A stretch of DNA of 32,000 bases, taken from contig CP023991.1 in NCBI GenBank assembly GCA_003516025.1, forward strand, positions 180,001 through 212,000, written 5' to 3'. A model generated the notes under the pieces. It saw nothing but the letters and a program-made list of their open reading frames with translations. It searched no databases and was not told where the DNA came from. This DNA comes from Candidatus Saccharimonadota bacterium. GTDB lineage: Bacteria; Patescibacteriota; Saccharimonadia; Saccharimonadales; UBA4665. A program made the position numbers and the translations under genes. Positions 24,768 to 32,000 of the stretch are shown here, one piece after another (within the stretch, counting starts at the first letter, position 1; each line of letters starts with the position of its first letter).

Positions 24768-26629
24768 GCTTTTGTACGTCCTGCCGAATGGGCGCGCAGG
24801 GCGTTGAAAATGACGACAACGTCAACCAGCTCCTGAATAGCGGCGCCATAAATTGGCTTGAATTTTCCGGTAGCAAAAATGAGCATCAATACGACGCTGA
24901 GCCCTATGCCTACGAGAATACTTTGGCGGGCGATCATGAAGGTTCGGCGGGCAATGCCGACGCCTGTGGCAACCCGGCCAATATCGTCAACCATGATAAT
25001 CAAATCGGCTGATTGGCTGGCCACGGTTGAGCCTCGGGTGTTGTCCGCCGCGATGGCGATGCCGACGTCGGAAGCGGTCAGAACCGGAGCGTCATTAACG
25101 CCGTCGCCGACAAATGCCACGGGACGGTGGGTGAGTGCTGCCACGGCCTTCAGTTTGTCGGCTGGCAAAGTTTCCGCGCGGACGTCTTCTATGCCGAGTT
25201 TTTTAGCGACGGCGTTTGCTGTCGCGGCATTGTCTCCGGTAACCATCAGGAAATTATGAACGCCCAGCTTACGCAGATTCTGCAACATGCCGCTTGCTTC
25301 AGGACGGATCTCGTCATGAAAGGTAATGGCGCCAGCCAGTTCTTCGCCTACGGCTACATAGGTAGCGGTAAGTCTAATCCGATTGCTGGCGAAACCTTTT
25401 GGTTCGGCGATGTCGTGATTTTTGAGCATACTTAACCGGCCTACCAGGACTTTTTTGCCGTTAATAACTGCCGAGAGGCCGTGCCCCGCGGTTTCGCGTA
25501 CATGGTGCGCTTTCGCTACCTTGATGCCACCCTGGAGAGCGGCTTCGTTTATGGCACTGGCCAGGACGTGCGTCGAGGAACTTTCAAGGGCGCTGGCGAA
25601 ACCAAGTATCTGTTCTTTGGTATAGGTACCATATGGTATAACCTCTGCCACGACGGGTTTACCTTTGGTGAGCGTGCCGGTTTTATCAAAAGCAATCGTC
25701 TTTACTTCGGCTAAACGCTCCAGGGCGGAACCGGTGCGCACGATAATACCCTGCTTAGCCATGCGGCTCATGCCGCTGATTATAGCGATAGGTGCCGCTA
25801 ATAACAGCGGGCAGGGCGTTGCTACTACGATCACCTCAAGAAAACGTATAGCGTCGCCGCTGATGGACCAGACGGTACCGGCGATGGCGAAGGCGACGAC
25901 AGTGAATGGAATGCTGTAGCGGTCAGCCAGCCTGACGAACGGTGCCTGGCTGTTGGCTGCCGACCGGACCAGTTTAACGATTTGTTGGTATTGGCTGCCC
26001 TCGGCTGTCTGTGTCGCCCGGGCGGTCAGGGCGGCATCAAGCGCGACTGAACCGCTCAGTAAACGGCCGCCGGCATCTTTTGTCTCCGGGAGGCTTTCAC
26101 CGGTCAAACTTGATTCGTCGACGCTTCCCGAGCCTTCGATAACCACGGCGTCGACCGGTACGATTTCACCAGGTTTAATAATAATTTTGTCACCGATTCT
26201 TATCTGGGAAACGGGTACGTCGAAAACTTTTTTGCCACGTAAAACATGGGCGGTGCGGGGAGCGCGAGCCAGCAGGGCGTCAAGTTCAGTCTTCGAGCGG
26301 TGTTCAGCGTAATCTTCGAGGGCTTCGCCGCCAGTCAACATGAGGACGATAACTATAGCGGCCCAGTACTCCTTTAAGAGTACTGAAGTGACGATTGCTG
26401 TCAGTGCCAGGATATCGATTCCGTAGGACCCTGAACGCACGTCTTCGTACATTCCTTTCATGAGGGGCAGGGCAAGTAACAAGGCGGTTATGCCCAGTAT
26501 CCAGTGGGCCGCGCCGGAACGGTCGCTGATTTGTAAAATAAGGCTGGCGATTGAGGCAATAAGCGCCAGGCTGAATAGTTTGTAGCGCCGCGCGAACGCT
26601 AACGGCTTAAGTGTCGCAGTATGTTTCAT
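24764..26629 (-). CDS. Heavy-metal-translocating P-type ATPase (P1B), with no N-terminal metal-binding domain
   Basis: Phosphorylation site DKTGTLT, the TGES actuator motif (SLTGESLP), the hinge GDGVNDAP, and a TM metal motif ATPCPLLLAAP in place of the usual CPC. Confidence 0.9.
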   Translation of the reverse strand: MKHTATLKPLAFARRYKLFSLALIASIASLILQISDRSGAAHWILGITALLLALPLMKGMYEDVRSGSYGIDILALTAIVTSVLLKEYWAAIVIVLMLTGGEALEDYAEHRSKTELDALLARAPRTAHVLRGKKVFDVPVSQIRIGDKIIIKPGEIVPVDAVVIEGSGSVDESSLTGESLPETKDAGGRLLSGSVALDAALTARATQTAEGSQYQQIVKLVRSAANSQAPFVRLADRYSIPFTVVAFAIAGTVWSISGDAIRFLEVIVVATPCPLLLAAPIAIISGMSRMAKQGIIVRTGSALERLAEVKTIAFDKTGTLTKGKPVVAEVIPYGTYTKEQILGFASALESSSTHVLASAINEAALQGGIKVAKAHHVRETAGHGLSAVINGKKVLVGRLSMLKNHDIAEPKGFASNRIRLTATYVAVGEELAGAITFHDEIRPEASGMLQNLRKLGVHNFLMVTGDNAATANAVAKKLGIEDVRAETLPADKLKAVAALTHRPVAFVGDGVNDAPVLTASDVGIAIAADNTRGSTVASQSADLIIMVDDIGRVATGVGIARRTFMIARQSILVGIGLSVVLMLIFATGKFKPIYGAAIQELVDVVVIFNALRAHSAGRTKA

Positions 26630-26655
26630 ATTAGACCTAATTATAGCGTAGACCC

Positions 26656-26699
26656 CTGTTATTTAACAGCTTGACAATAATTACTTTAGTGGCTAAAAT
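26656..26699 (+). promoter_or_regulatory. Candidate marR-MFS promoter with an adjacent palindromic operator
   Basis: TTGACA (26671-26676), a 17-nt spacer, then TAAAAT (26694-26699). The inverted repeat CTGTTA-TT-TAACAG at 26656-26669 abuts the -35. Confidence 0.45.
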
Positions 26700-26727
26700 A
26701 TATAGTATCTCAACTAAATGAGTAGCT

Positions 26728-27219
26728 ATGCCAGAACAAATACACCGCCAACAATTAGAGGAGTATATTCTCAGTTCCACTGAAGCCGTACAGCGGCTCT
26801 GGAAGTCGTTTATTATGGCTTCAATTGAGAAAAAGAGCCTGACTCCGGCCCAGTTTTTCGCCATGCACGAAATTGCCCGCCACCAGGGCACTACCGCGAT
26901 TACCAGTGGTAAACTGTGTGAATTGATGCACGTGACGCCGGGCGCGGTTACTCAAATTATTGACGTTTTAGTTGATGAGGGTTTCGCCGTGAGAGCGCCG
27001 CATCCCAGCGATCGCCGGGCGCATCAGATTTTGCTGACCGAGACGGGCAGGCAGGAGCTGGAACGGGTAAACCGGCACCGCAAAAAGTTGTTCGTGACAA
27101 TGTTCGGAGCCCTATCAGACCAGGAACTGCAACAACTGCATGACTTGCAAAGCAAAATGCTTGAGCACCTCGAAGAACTGCATACCGAAAAGAATAAAGA
27201 AAATGAGAAAGGAAAATAA
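26728..27219 (+). CDS. MarR-family transcriptional regulator
   Basis: Winged-HTH pattern LTPAQFFAMHEIARHQG...SGKLCELMHVTPGAVTQIIDVLVDEGFAVRAPHPSDRRAHQILLTETG. Confidence 0.85.
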   Translation: MPEQIHRQQLEEYILSSTEAVQRLWKSFIMASIEKKSLTPAQFFAMHEIARHQGTTAITSGKLCELMHVTPGAVTQIIDVLVDEGFAVRAPHPSDRRAHQILLTETGRQELERVNRHRKKLFVTMFGALSDQELQQLHDLQSKMLEHLEELHTEKNKENEKGK

Positions 27220-27222
27220 TAT

Positions 27223-28785
27223 ATGTTTAGTATTTTTAAAAGAAAGCCTGCCACGGCGGTAACCGCGCCGAAAGCAGCGAGCGAAGAACGTTCGCACGGC
27301 GAAATAATGGTTATTATTGGCGCGCTGATGCTTGCCATGCTGCTTTCGGCGCTGGATCAGACCATCGTATCAACCGCGTTGCCACAAATCGCCATTGACC
27401 TGCATGGACTCGACAAGATTTCATGGGTAGCAACTTCATACTTGTTGGCCAGCGCGGTAGTAACGCCTATATATGGAAAGCTTGGTGATCTCTACGGCCG
27501 TAAAAAGATCTTTTTGGTCAGTATCGTTATTTTTCTGATTGGTTCGGCGCTGTGTGGACTCAGCCAGACGATGACCCAGCTGGTATTTTTCCGTGCTTTG
27601 CAGGGTATTGGAGGGGGTGGTCTGATGGCCCTCGTTTTCGCGATTATCGGTGATGTCATCCCACCGCGCCAACGTGGTAAATATATGGGTTACTTCGGTG
27701 CCGTCTTCGGTATCTCCAGTGTGGCCGGCCCGCTGCTCGGTGGGTTGTTTACTGATCACCTGGATTGGCGTTGGATTTTCTACATTAACATACCGCTCGG
27801 CCTGCTTGCCTTGGCCGCCGTATCAGCCCGTTTGCACCTGCCGGTAATGAAGCGTGAGCATAAGATTGACTACGCTGGTGTCGGACTGCTGTCGTTGTCG
27901 TCCGTTTCGTTGCTGTTAGTTTCGGTCTGGGGTGGTGGTGACTACTCATGGGGATCTTCGGAGATTGTCGGCTTATTGACACTTGGTGTTGTGGGCGCTA
28001 TCTTCTTCGTCGTCCGTGAAAAGTTCGCTGCCGAACCGCTTATTCCCCTTGGTTTGTTTAAGAGCCGCATTTTCCTGGCCTCGATTGGTTTGTCGATCCT
28101 GTCGGGTATCGCCATGTTTGCCAGTATCCTTAACATTCCGCAGTATCAGCAGGTGGTGCGCGGTAATTCACCGACTGAATCAGGCTTGCTGATGCTGCCG
28201 CTGGTATTTGGCCTGTTAATTGCATCAACCACATCCGGCCGCCTGATCAGTAAAACTGGTAAGTATAAGATATTCCCAATTGTCGGAACGCTGCTGTTGG
28301 CTCTGGGTCTCTGGTTATTCAGCCACGTGACTCTCACGACCAGCCACCTATGGTTGTCGGTTTGGATGCTAACTATTGGCGCGGGCCTCGGCTTGTTCAT
28401 GCAGGTGCCCAACCTGGCAGTTCAAAACTCAGCCAAACCATCCGAAATGGGTACGGCAACTTCAACAGTCATCTTCTTCCGCAGTATCGGTAGCAGCTTT
28501 GGCGGTGCTATATTCGGTAATATCCTCATCAACCGCTTCGCGCATCATTTACAGGAGGCAATACCACAGGCTGGAAGTGTCGCGTCAACCGCCTTGTCAT
28601 CTGGTGTCGCGAATATTCCCGCAGCCATTAAGCCGCAAGTTTTAGGCGCGTACGTACAGTCTTTCCACGACATGTTCCTGCTAGCTATTCCATTCGCGTT
28701 GGCCGCGTTTGTCGTCGCCCTGTTCCTCAAAGAAGCGCCGCTGCGGGGTTCGACAAAAGACTATGCCAGCAAAATCGCTGACTAA
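27223..28785 (+). CDS. MFS transporter, DHA2 (EmrB/QacA-like, about 14 TM) drug:H+ antiporter family
   Basis: [14 protein letters not shown] and MFS motif A ([11 protein letters not shown]). It is 520 aa with many TM segments and starts 4 nt after marR. Confidence 0.85.
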   Translation: MFSIFKRKPATAVTAPKAASEERSHGEIMVIIGALMLAMLLSALDQTIVSTALPQIAIDLHGLDKISWVATSYLLASAVVTPIYGKLGDLYGRKKIFLVSIVIFLIGSALCGLSQTMTQLVFFRALQGIGGGGLMALVFAIIGDVIPPRQRGKYMGYFGAVFGISSVAGPLLGGLFTDHLDWRWIFYINIPLGLLALAAVSARLHLPVMKREHKIDYAGVGLLSLSSVSLLLVSVWGGGDYSWGSSEIVGLLTLGVVGAIFFVVREKFAAEPLIPLGLFKSRIFLASIGLSILSGIAMFASILNIPQYQQVVRGNSPTESGLLMLPLVFGLLIASTTSGRLISKTGKYKIFPIVGTLLLALGLWLFSHVTLTTSHLWLSVWMLTIGAGLGLFMQVPNLAVQNSAKPSEMGTATSTVIFFRSIGSSFGGAIFGNILINRFAHHLQEAIPQAGSVASTALSSGVANIPAAIKPQVLGAYVQSFHDMFLLAIPFALAAFVVALFLKEAPLRGSTKDYASKIAD

Positions 28786-29333
28786 TCGTTCGCGAGTAAA
28801 CCGGCCAGCTTAACCGACGTATTGTAGTTACGAACTGTCATGCGTTTGTAGGCCGGTTTGGCTGCGAGCTTACCGCCCGTTGTTCTGCTAAAAGCCGCCC
28901 AGGACAAAGACTGATATAAAACACCGTCACCACTGTTCATGGTTTCGATGCCCGACTTTAACTCACCGATTTCGGCAACAATCTGCTTGAGTTCATAAGG
29001 TGGTAGAAGTACGAGCACATTATGCTTCCAGCTAGTATTTTTGCCCCAATCTTTGGGCGCGTCCGCTACGACCTGCCGCCAGCGCGCCGCTGAAAAGACT
29101 ACTGCTGCCACTTCCAGTTTAAAGGTTTGGCGAATATGGTCGCTTATGTGCCGGCCCAGTTGCAGACAATCGGACTGACCAGAGGCTTCAAATATGACGT
29201 TACCGCTATTGATGTAGGTCCGTACATTGGTAAAACCTGCGGCGCTAAGGCTGGTTTTTAGTTCGGCCATGCTCAGCATGGTTTTGCCGCCGACATTGAC
29301 TCCGCGCAGCAGGGCCAGATAGGTAGTGTTCAT
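28782..29333 (-). CDS. DUF1697-family protein
   Basis: [48 protein letters not shown] is the DUF1697 N-terminal signature. The ATG at 29333 is preferred over the 29-codon track extension. Confidence 0.8.
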   Translation of the reverse strand: MNTTYLALLRGVNVGGKTMLSMAELKTSLSAAGFTNVRTYINSGNVIFEASGQSDCLQLGRHISDHIRQTFKLEVAAVVFSAARWRQVVADAPKDWGKNTSWKHNVLVLLPPYELKQIVAEIGELKSGIETMNSGDGVLYQSLSWAAFSRTTGGKLAAKPAYKRMTVRNYNTSVKLAGLLAND

Positions 29334-29620
29334 GGTGTAAGTGTAACAAAATACCTTCTTTCGAGCACGCCGACAGGAACGGTAGTCGCGGCCGACGCTA
29401 TGGTTATGGAAGACATGCACGCGATAGGCTTCGGATTCCTGAAACGCGCCGTCCAGGGCATCGGCCGTTAGGTAATCGGCGTCCCTGGCCGTATACTAAG
29501 AGGTAGCATATCCACACAAAATGAAGCGCTGCGCCCATGATTACGATGCGACCAGCTGCTCCCAAAATGCGCATTTGCCTAAATATATGAAGCAAAACCA
29601 TCAGACAATGAGGGAGTAGT

Positions 29621-29920
29621 ATGATTATCAATTCCGCAGACATTACCGTAGAGGCACCACAGCTTGAACTTGGTGGCAAACGGCTCACCGCGCAGCAGCA
29701 ATTATTTTTATCATCAGAAGACGGCCAGCAGGCCAGGCAGTTGCTTGAAATGATGCTTGCCGACCCTTTGTTCAATACCCAGGATAGCTTTTCTATAAAA
29801 GACCCGCTTGACCACAATTTTGTCAGCAAACACCTGCTGTATCTTTGCGAACACCCAAAATTACAGGTTAGCCACTACTTGTCTAACTTACGTTTGAAAA
29901 CACGCATAGCCGCCCGCTAG
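29621..29920 (+). CDS. Hypothetical protein (99 aa)
   Basis: The ATG is preceded by GAGGGAG. No motif was recognised, and an antisense ORF overlaps it. Confidence 0.4.
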   Translation: MIINSADITVEAPQLELGGKRLTAQQQLFLSSEDGQQARQLLEMMLADPLFNTQDSFSIKDPLDHNFVSKHLLYLCEHPKLQVSHYLSNLRLKTRIAAR

Positions 29921-30008
29921 AGTAAAAAATTTGCCTGCAGTTATTCTGCATCGGCCTATCCTAAAGGTTAGTTACCAACAATAGCAGACACCTGGAAGGA
30001 AAGACCGT

Positions 30009-31202
30009 ATGAAAGCAGTTACCTGGCAAGCCAAACGAACAGTAAGCGTTGAGGAAGTGCCTGACCCGCAGCTTCTGGAGTCCACTGACGCTATTATTAA
30101 GATTACCTCGACGGCAATTTGCGGCTCGGATCTCCATCTGTACGAAGTTATGACGCCGTTTATGGAAAAAGGCGACATTATGGGCCACGAACCGATGGGC
30201 ATCGTACAGGAAGTGGGCAGTGCTGTTACGAATGTAAAACCGGGTGACCGGGTGGTCATTCCATTCAACATCGCCTGCGGCGAATGCGCTATGTGCCTCA
30301 GGGGTTTGACGACACAATGCGAAACGACCCAGGTCCGCGAGCATGATCGTGGCGCCGCGCTTTTTGGTTATACCAAGCTCTACGGGCACGTTCCCGGCGG
30401 CCAGGCGGAATACCTGCGGGTACCGCACGCTAACTTTATGGCAAAAAAGGTTCCTGATGGTCCTTCGGATGACCGTTTCCTCTACCTGTCCGATGTATTG
30501 CCTACAGCATGGCAAGCTGTGAAATACGCCAACATTCCCGAAAATGGAACTGTGGTAGTGATCGGCCTCGGCCCAATTGGTGAAATGGCTACCCGCATTG
30601 CCCAGCAGCAGGGCGCTGAAACGGTTATCGGTATTGATCTGGTGCCGGAACGTTTGGCGCGAACAGCCGCCCATGGTGTCATTCCGGTTGATATTCGCGA
30701 GTTTGAAGGCGACCAGCAAAAACTGGCCCAGTTTATTCGTGAAAAACTTGGTGGTAACGGGCCTGCAGCGGTCATTGAAGCCGTCGGCATGGAAGCGCAT
30801 GGTTCCCCGAACGTTAAGCTGGTACAACAGCTAACGGGAATGTTGCCTGATGCGGCAGCTCAAAAAGTATTCACTACAGCCGGTATGGACCGCCTCTTCG
30901 CGCTGCATAGCGCCATCGAACTGGTTGGCCGTGGCGGAACGCTGTCAATTTCCGGCGTCTATGCCGGGCAGGCTGATCCGATTTCTCTGGACGCTTTGTT
31001 CGACAAGCAAGTCACTGTACGCATGGGCCAGGCTAACGCGCCGTTTTGGACTCAGGAAATCCTGCCGTTACTAACTGACGACAACTTGTTCGACGTGGAT
31101 AACTTTGCTACCCACCACCTGTCTCTCGATGAGGCGCCTCATGCTTATGAGATCTTCCAGAAGAAAGAAGACAACGCCTTCAAGATTATATTAAAGCCGT
31201 AA
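30009..31202 (+). CDS. Zinc-dependent alcohol / formaldehyde dehydrogenase (MDR superfamily)
   Basis: Catalytic Zn ligand context AICGSDLH and GHEPMGIVQEVG, structural Zn cysteines CGECAMC...C, and a Rossmann GLGPIG. Its length of 397 aa is typical of glutathione-independent formaldehyde-dehydrogenase-like members. Confidence 0.9.
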   Translation: MKAVTWQAKRTVSVEEVPDPQLLESTDAIIKITSTAICGSDLHLYEVMTPFMEKGDIMGHEPMGIVQEVGSAVTNVKPGDRVVIPFNIACGECAMCLRGLTTQCETTQVREHDRGAALFGYTKLYGHVPGGQAEYLRVPHANFMAKKVPDGPSDDRFLYLSDVLPTAWQAVKYANIPENGTVVVIGLGPIGEMATRIAQQQGAETVIGIDLVPERLARTAAHGVIPVDIREFEGDQQKLAQFIREKLGGNGPAAVIEAVGMEAHGSPNVKLVQQLTGMLPDAAAQKVFTTAGMDRLFALHSAIELVGRGGTLSISGVYAGQADPISLDALFDKQVTVRMGQANAPFWTQEILPLLTDDNLFDVDNFATHHLSLDEAPHAYEIFQKKEDNAFKIILKP

Positions 31203-31212
31203 ATCTGATTGA

Positions 31213-31578
31213 TTAGGGCTTAAGCATACGTCCGGAGCGGCTTCCCAGCCAAAGGGAGCCGGCTCCAACGGCAAAATGGTAAACAATATCATAGTTGGTG
31301 AGTCCTGAAGGTAGCAGGCCGCCAACTTTTTTATCTACCAGTCCCGCTGAACCCATGGCGACATAAAATATGCCAACGCCCGTCAGTATTTTGCGGGTTG
31401 TTTTGAGGTCGGCTTGTGTCCCGGCGTATAAAAGCGCGGCGGTTAACGGCATGCGTAAAACGCTATGGTTAGTATCGACATTCAATAACTTGAGGAGATG
31501 TTTATTACGCGCTGTAAATCCCGCAAAAGTTAAAACAGATAAAAATCCACCCAGAAATACTGACGTTTGTTTTTCCAT
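31213..31578 (-). CDS. Small membrane protein (possibly DUF4383-like)
   Basis: 121 aa with 3-4 hydrophobic segments. The family assignment is tentative. Confidence 0.45.
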   Translation of the reverse strand: MEKQTSVFLGGFLSVLTFAGFTARNKHLLKLLNVDTNHSVLRMPLTAALLYAGTQADLKTTRKILTGVGIFYVAMGSAGLVDKKVGGLLPSGLTNYDIVYHFAVGAGSLWLGSRSGRMLKP

Positions 31579-31658
31579 GAAGTGCTCCTTGTTACTGTCA
31601 CTAGCTTACGGATTGTCTCATATATATTCAGTAAGATAATGCGCACGCCTAAAATAAC

Positions 31659-31683
31659 AAAAGACACCGCAAGGGTGTCTTTT
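31659..31683. terminator. Bidirectional terminator downstream of tRNA-His
   Basis: AAAA-GACACC-GCAAG-GGTGTC-TTTT. On the minus strand it directly follows the tRNA-His 3' end. Confidence 0.6.
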
Positions 31684-31696
31684 ACGTAAACGTTAC

Positions 31697-31774
31697 TGGG
31701 GCGAATAATGGGACTTGAACCCACGGCCTCCTGTGCCACAAACAGGCGCTCTAACCAACTGAGCTATATCCGCC
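31697..31774 (-). tRNA. tRNA-His (anticodon GUG) with encoded G-1 and CCA
   Basis: The reverse complement folds as G(-1), acceptor GCGGATA/TATTCGC, D arm GCTC-AGTTGGTTA-GAGC, anticodon arm CCTGT-TTGTGGC-ACAGG, T arm GTGGG-TTCAAGT-CCCAT, discriminator C73, then CCA. Confidence 0.9.
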
Positions 31775-31905
31775 ATACTGATTTGGAATCAATAAAACAG
31801 AGGTGATTATAGCGGAAAAACCGGCCATTTACAAGGCGGGACGAACTGTCTCATGACATCACGCGGGTTGTGGCGTATTATAGGCTTACATTCGAGGAGG
31901 AACCT

Positions 31906-32000
31906 ATGGCAGCAAGTGATAAATTTCCGATACCACTGAGAACGGCATTGCAGCGGCGCACTACATCCCACAAAGAGTATGATGTCATGCCTTCGCCCCT
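31906..32000 (+). CDS. 5' fragment of an unidentified CDS (runs off the window)
   Basis: The ATG is preceded by the SD GAGGAGG (31894-31900) and the frame stays open to the window end (MAASDKFPIPLRTALQRRTTSHKEYDVMPSP...). Confidence 0.4.
   Translation, partial: MAASDKFPIPLRTALQRRTTSHKEYDVMPSP

Noticed and set aside
29961-30827. 288-aa minus-strand ORF opposite the alcohol dehydrogenase gene
   Set aside because: It is antisense to a clearly conserved Zn-ADH. It has no start context and no recognisable motifs, and is a typical GC-driven shadow frame. The same reasoning applies to the plus-strand ORFs inside pilB (588-1058, 1669-2124) and the P-type ATPase (24858-25259, 25953-26312).

Overview
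The window is a roughly 50% GC chromosomal segment from a small-genome bacterium. The gene content looks Gram-positive-like or CPR/Saccharibacteria-like, but that placement is a guess from gene content only. It uses the standard code: TGA, TAG and TAA all serve as stops, and there are no in-frame stops in the conserved genes. Housekeeping genes are pilC-pilB, recA-recX, a PRC-barrel gene, a lamin-tail-domain surface protein, tsaE-tsaB, rny-2H phosphoesterase-ymdB, murT-gatD, a polyprenol-kinase-like gene, a P1B-type ATPase, marR-MFS, a DUF1697 gene, a Zn-ADH, and tRNA-Pro(UGG), tRNA-Pro(CGG) and tRNA-His(GUG). Between 10083 and 21517 the backbone is interrupted by an AT-rich island of about 11.4 kb. 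Spot counts of 60-nt lines give roughly 25-50% GC inside versus about 50% outside. The island sits at the 3' end of tRNA-Pro(UGG). It carries a large serine recombinase whose ORF reads through the junction into the antisense tRNA, a divergent pair of HTH genes, and a structured leader with a small membrane protein. The main point of interest is a tightly packed eight-gene co-directional cassette at 13736-19583: wHTH, 3-TM protein, PD-(D/E)xK nuclease-like, a translationally coupled 430/378/94-aa triad with no domain I can place apart from two zinc ribbons, a HEPN protein, and a proteasome-like Ntn hydrolase split by an in-frame TAG. A convergent 533-aa HEPN protein follows at 19700-21301. I read this as a candidate undescribed defence or abortive-infection system. 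All functional calls rest on motifs read by eye; no database search was possible.
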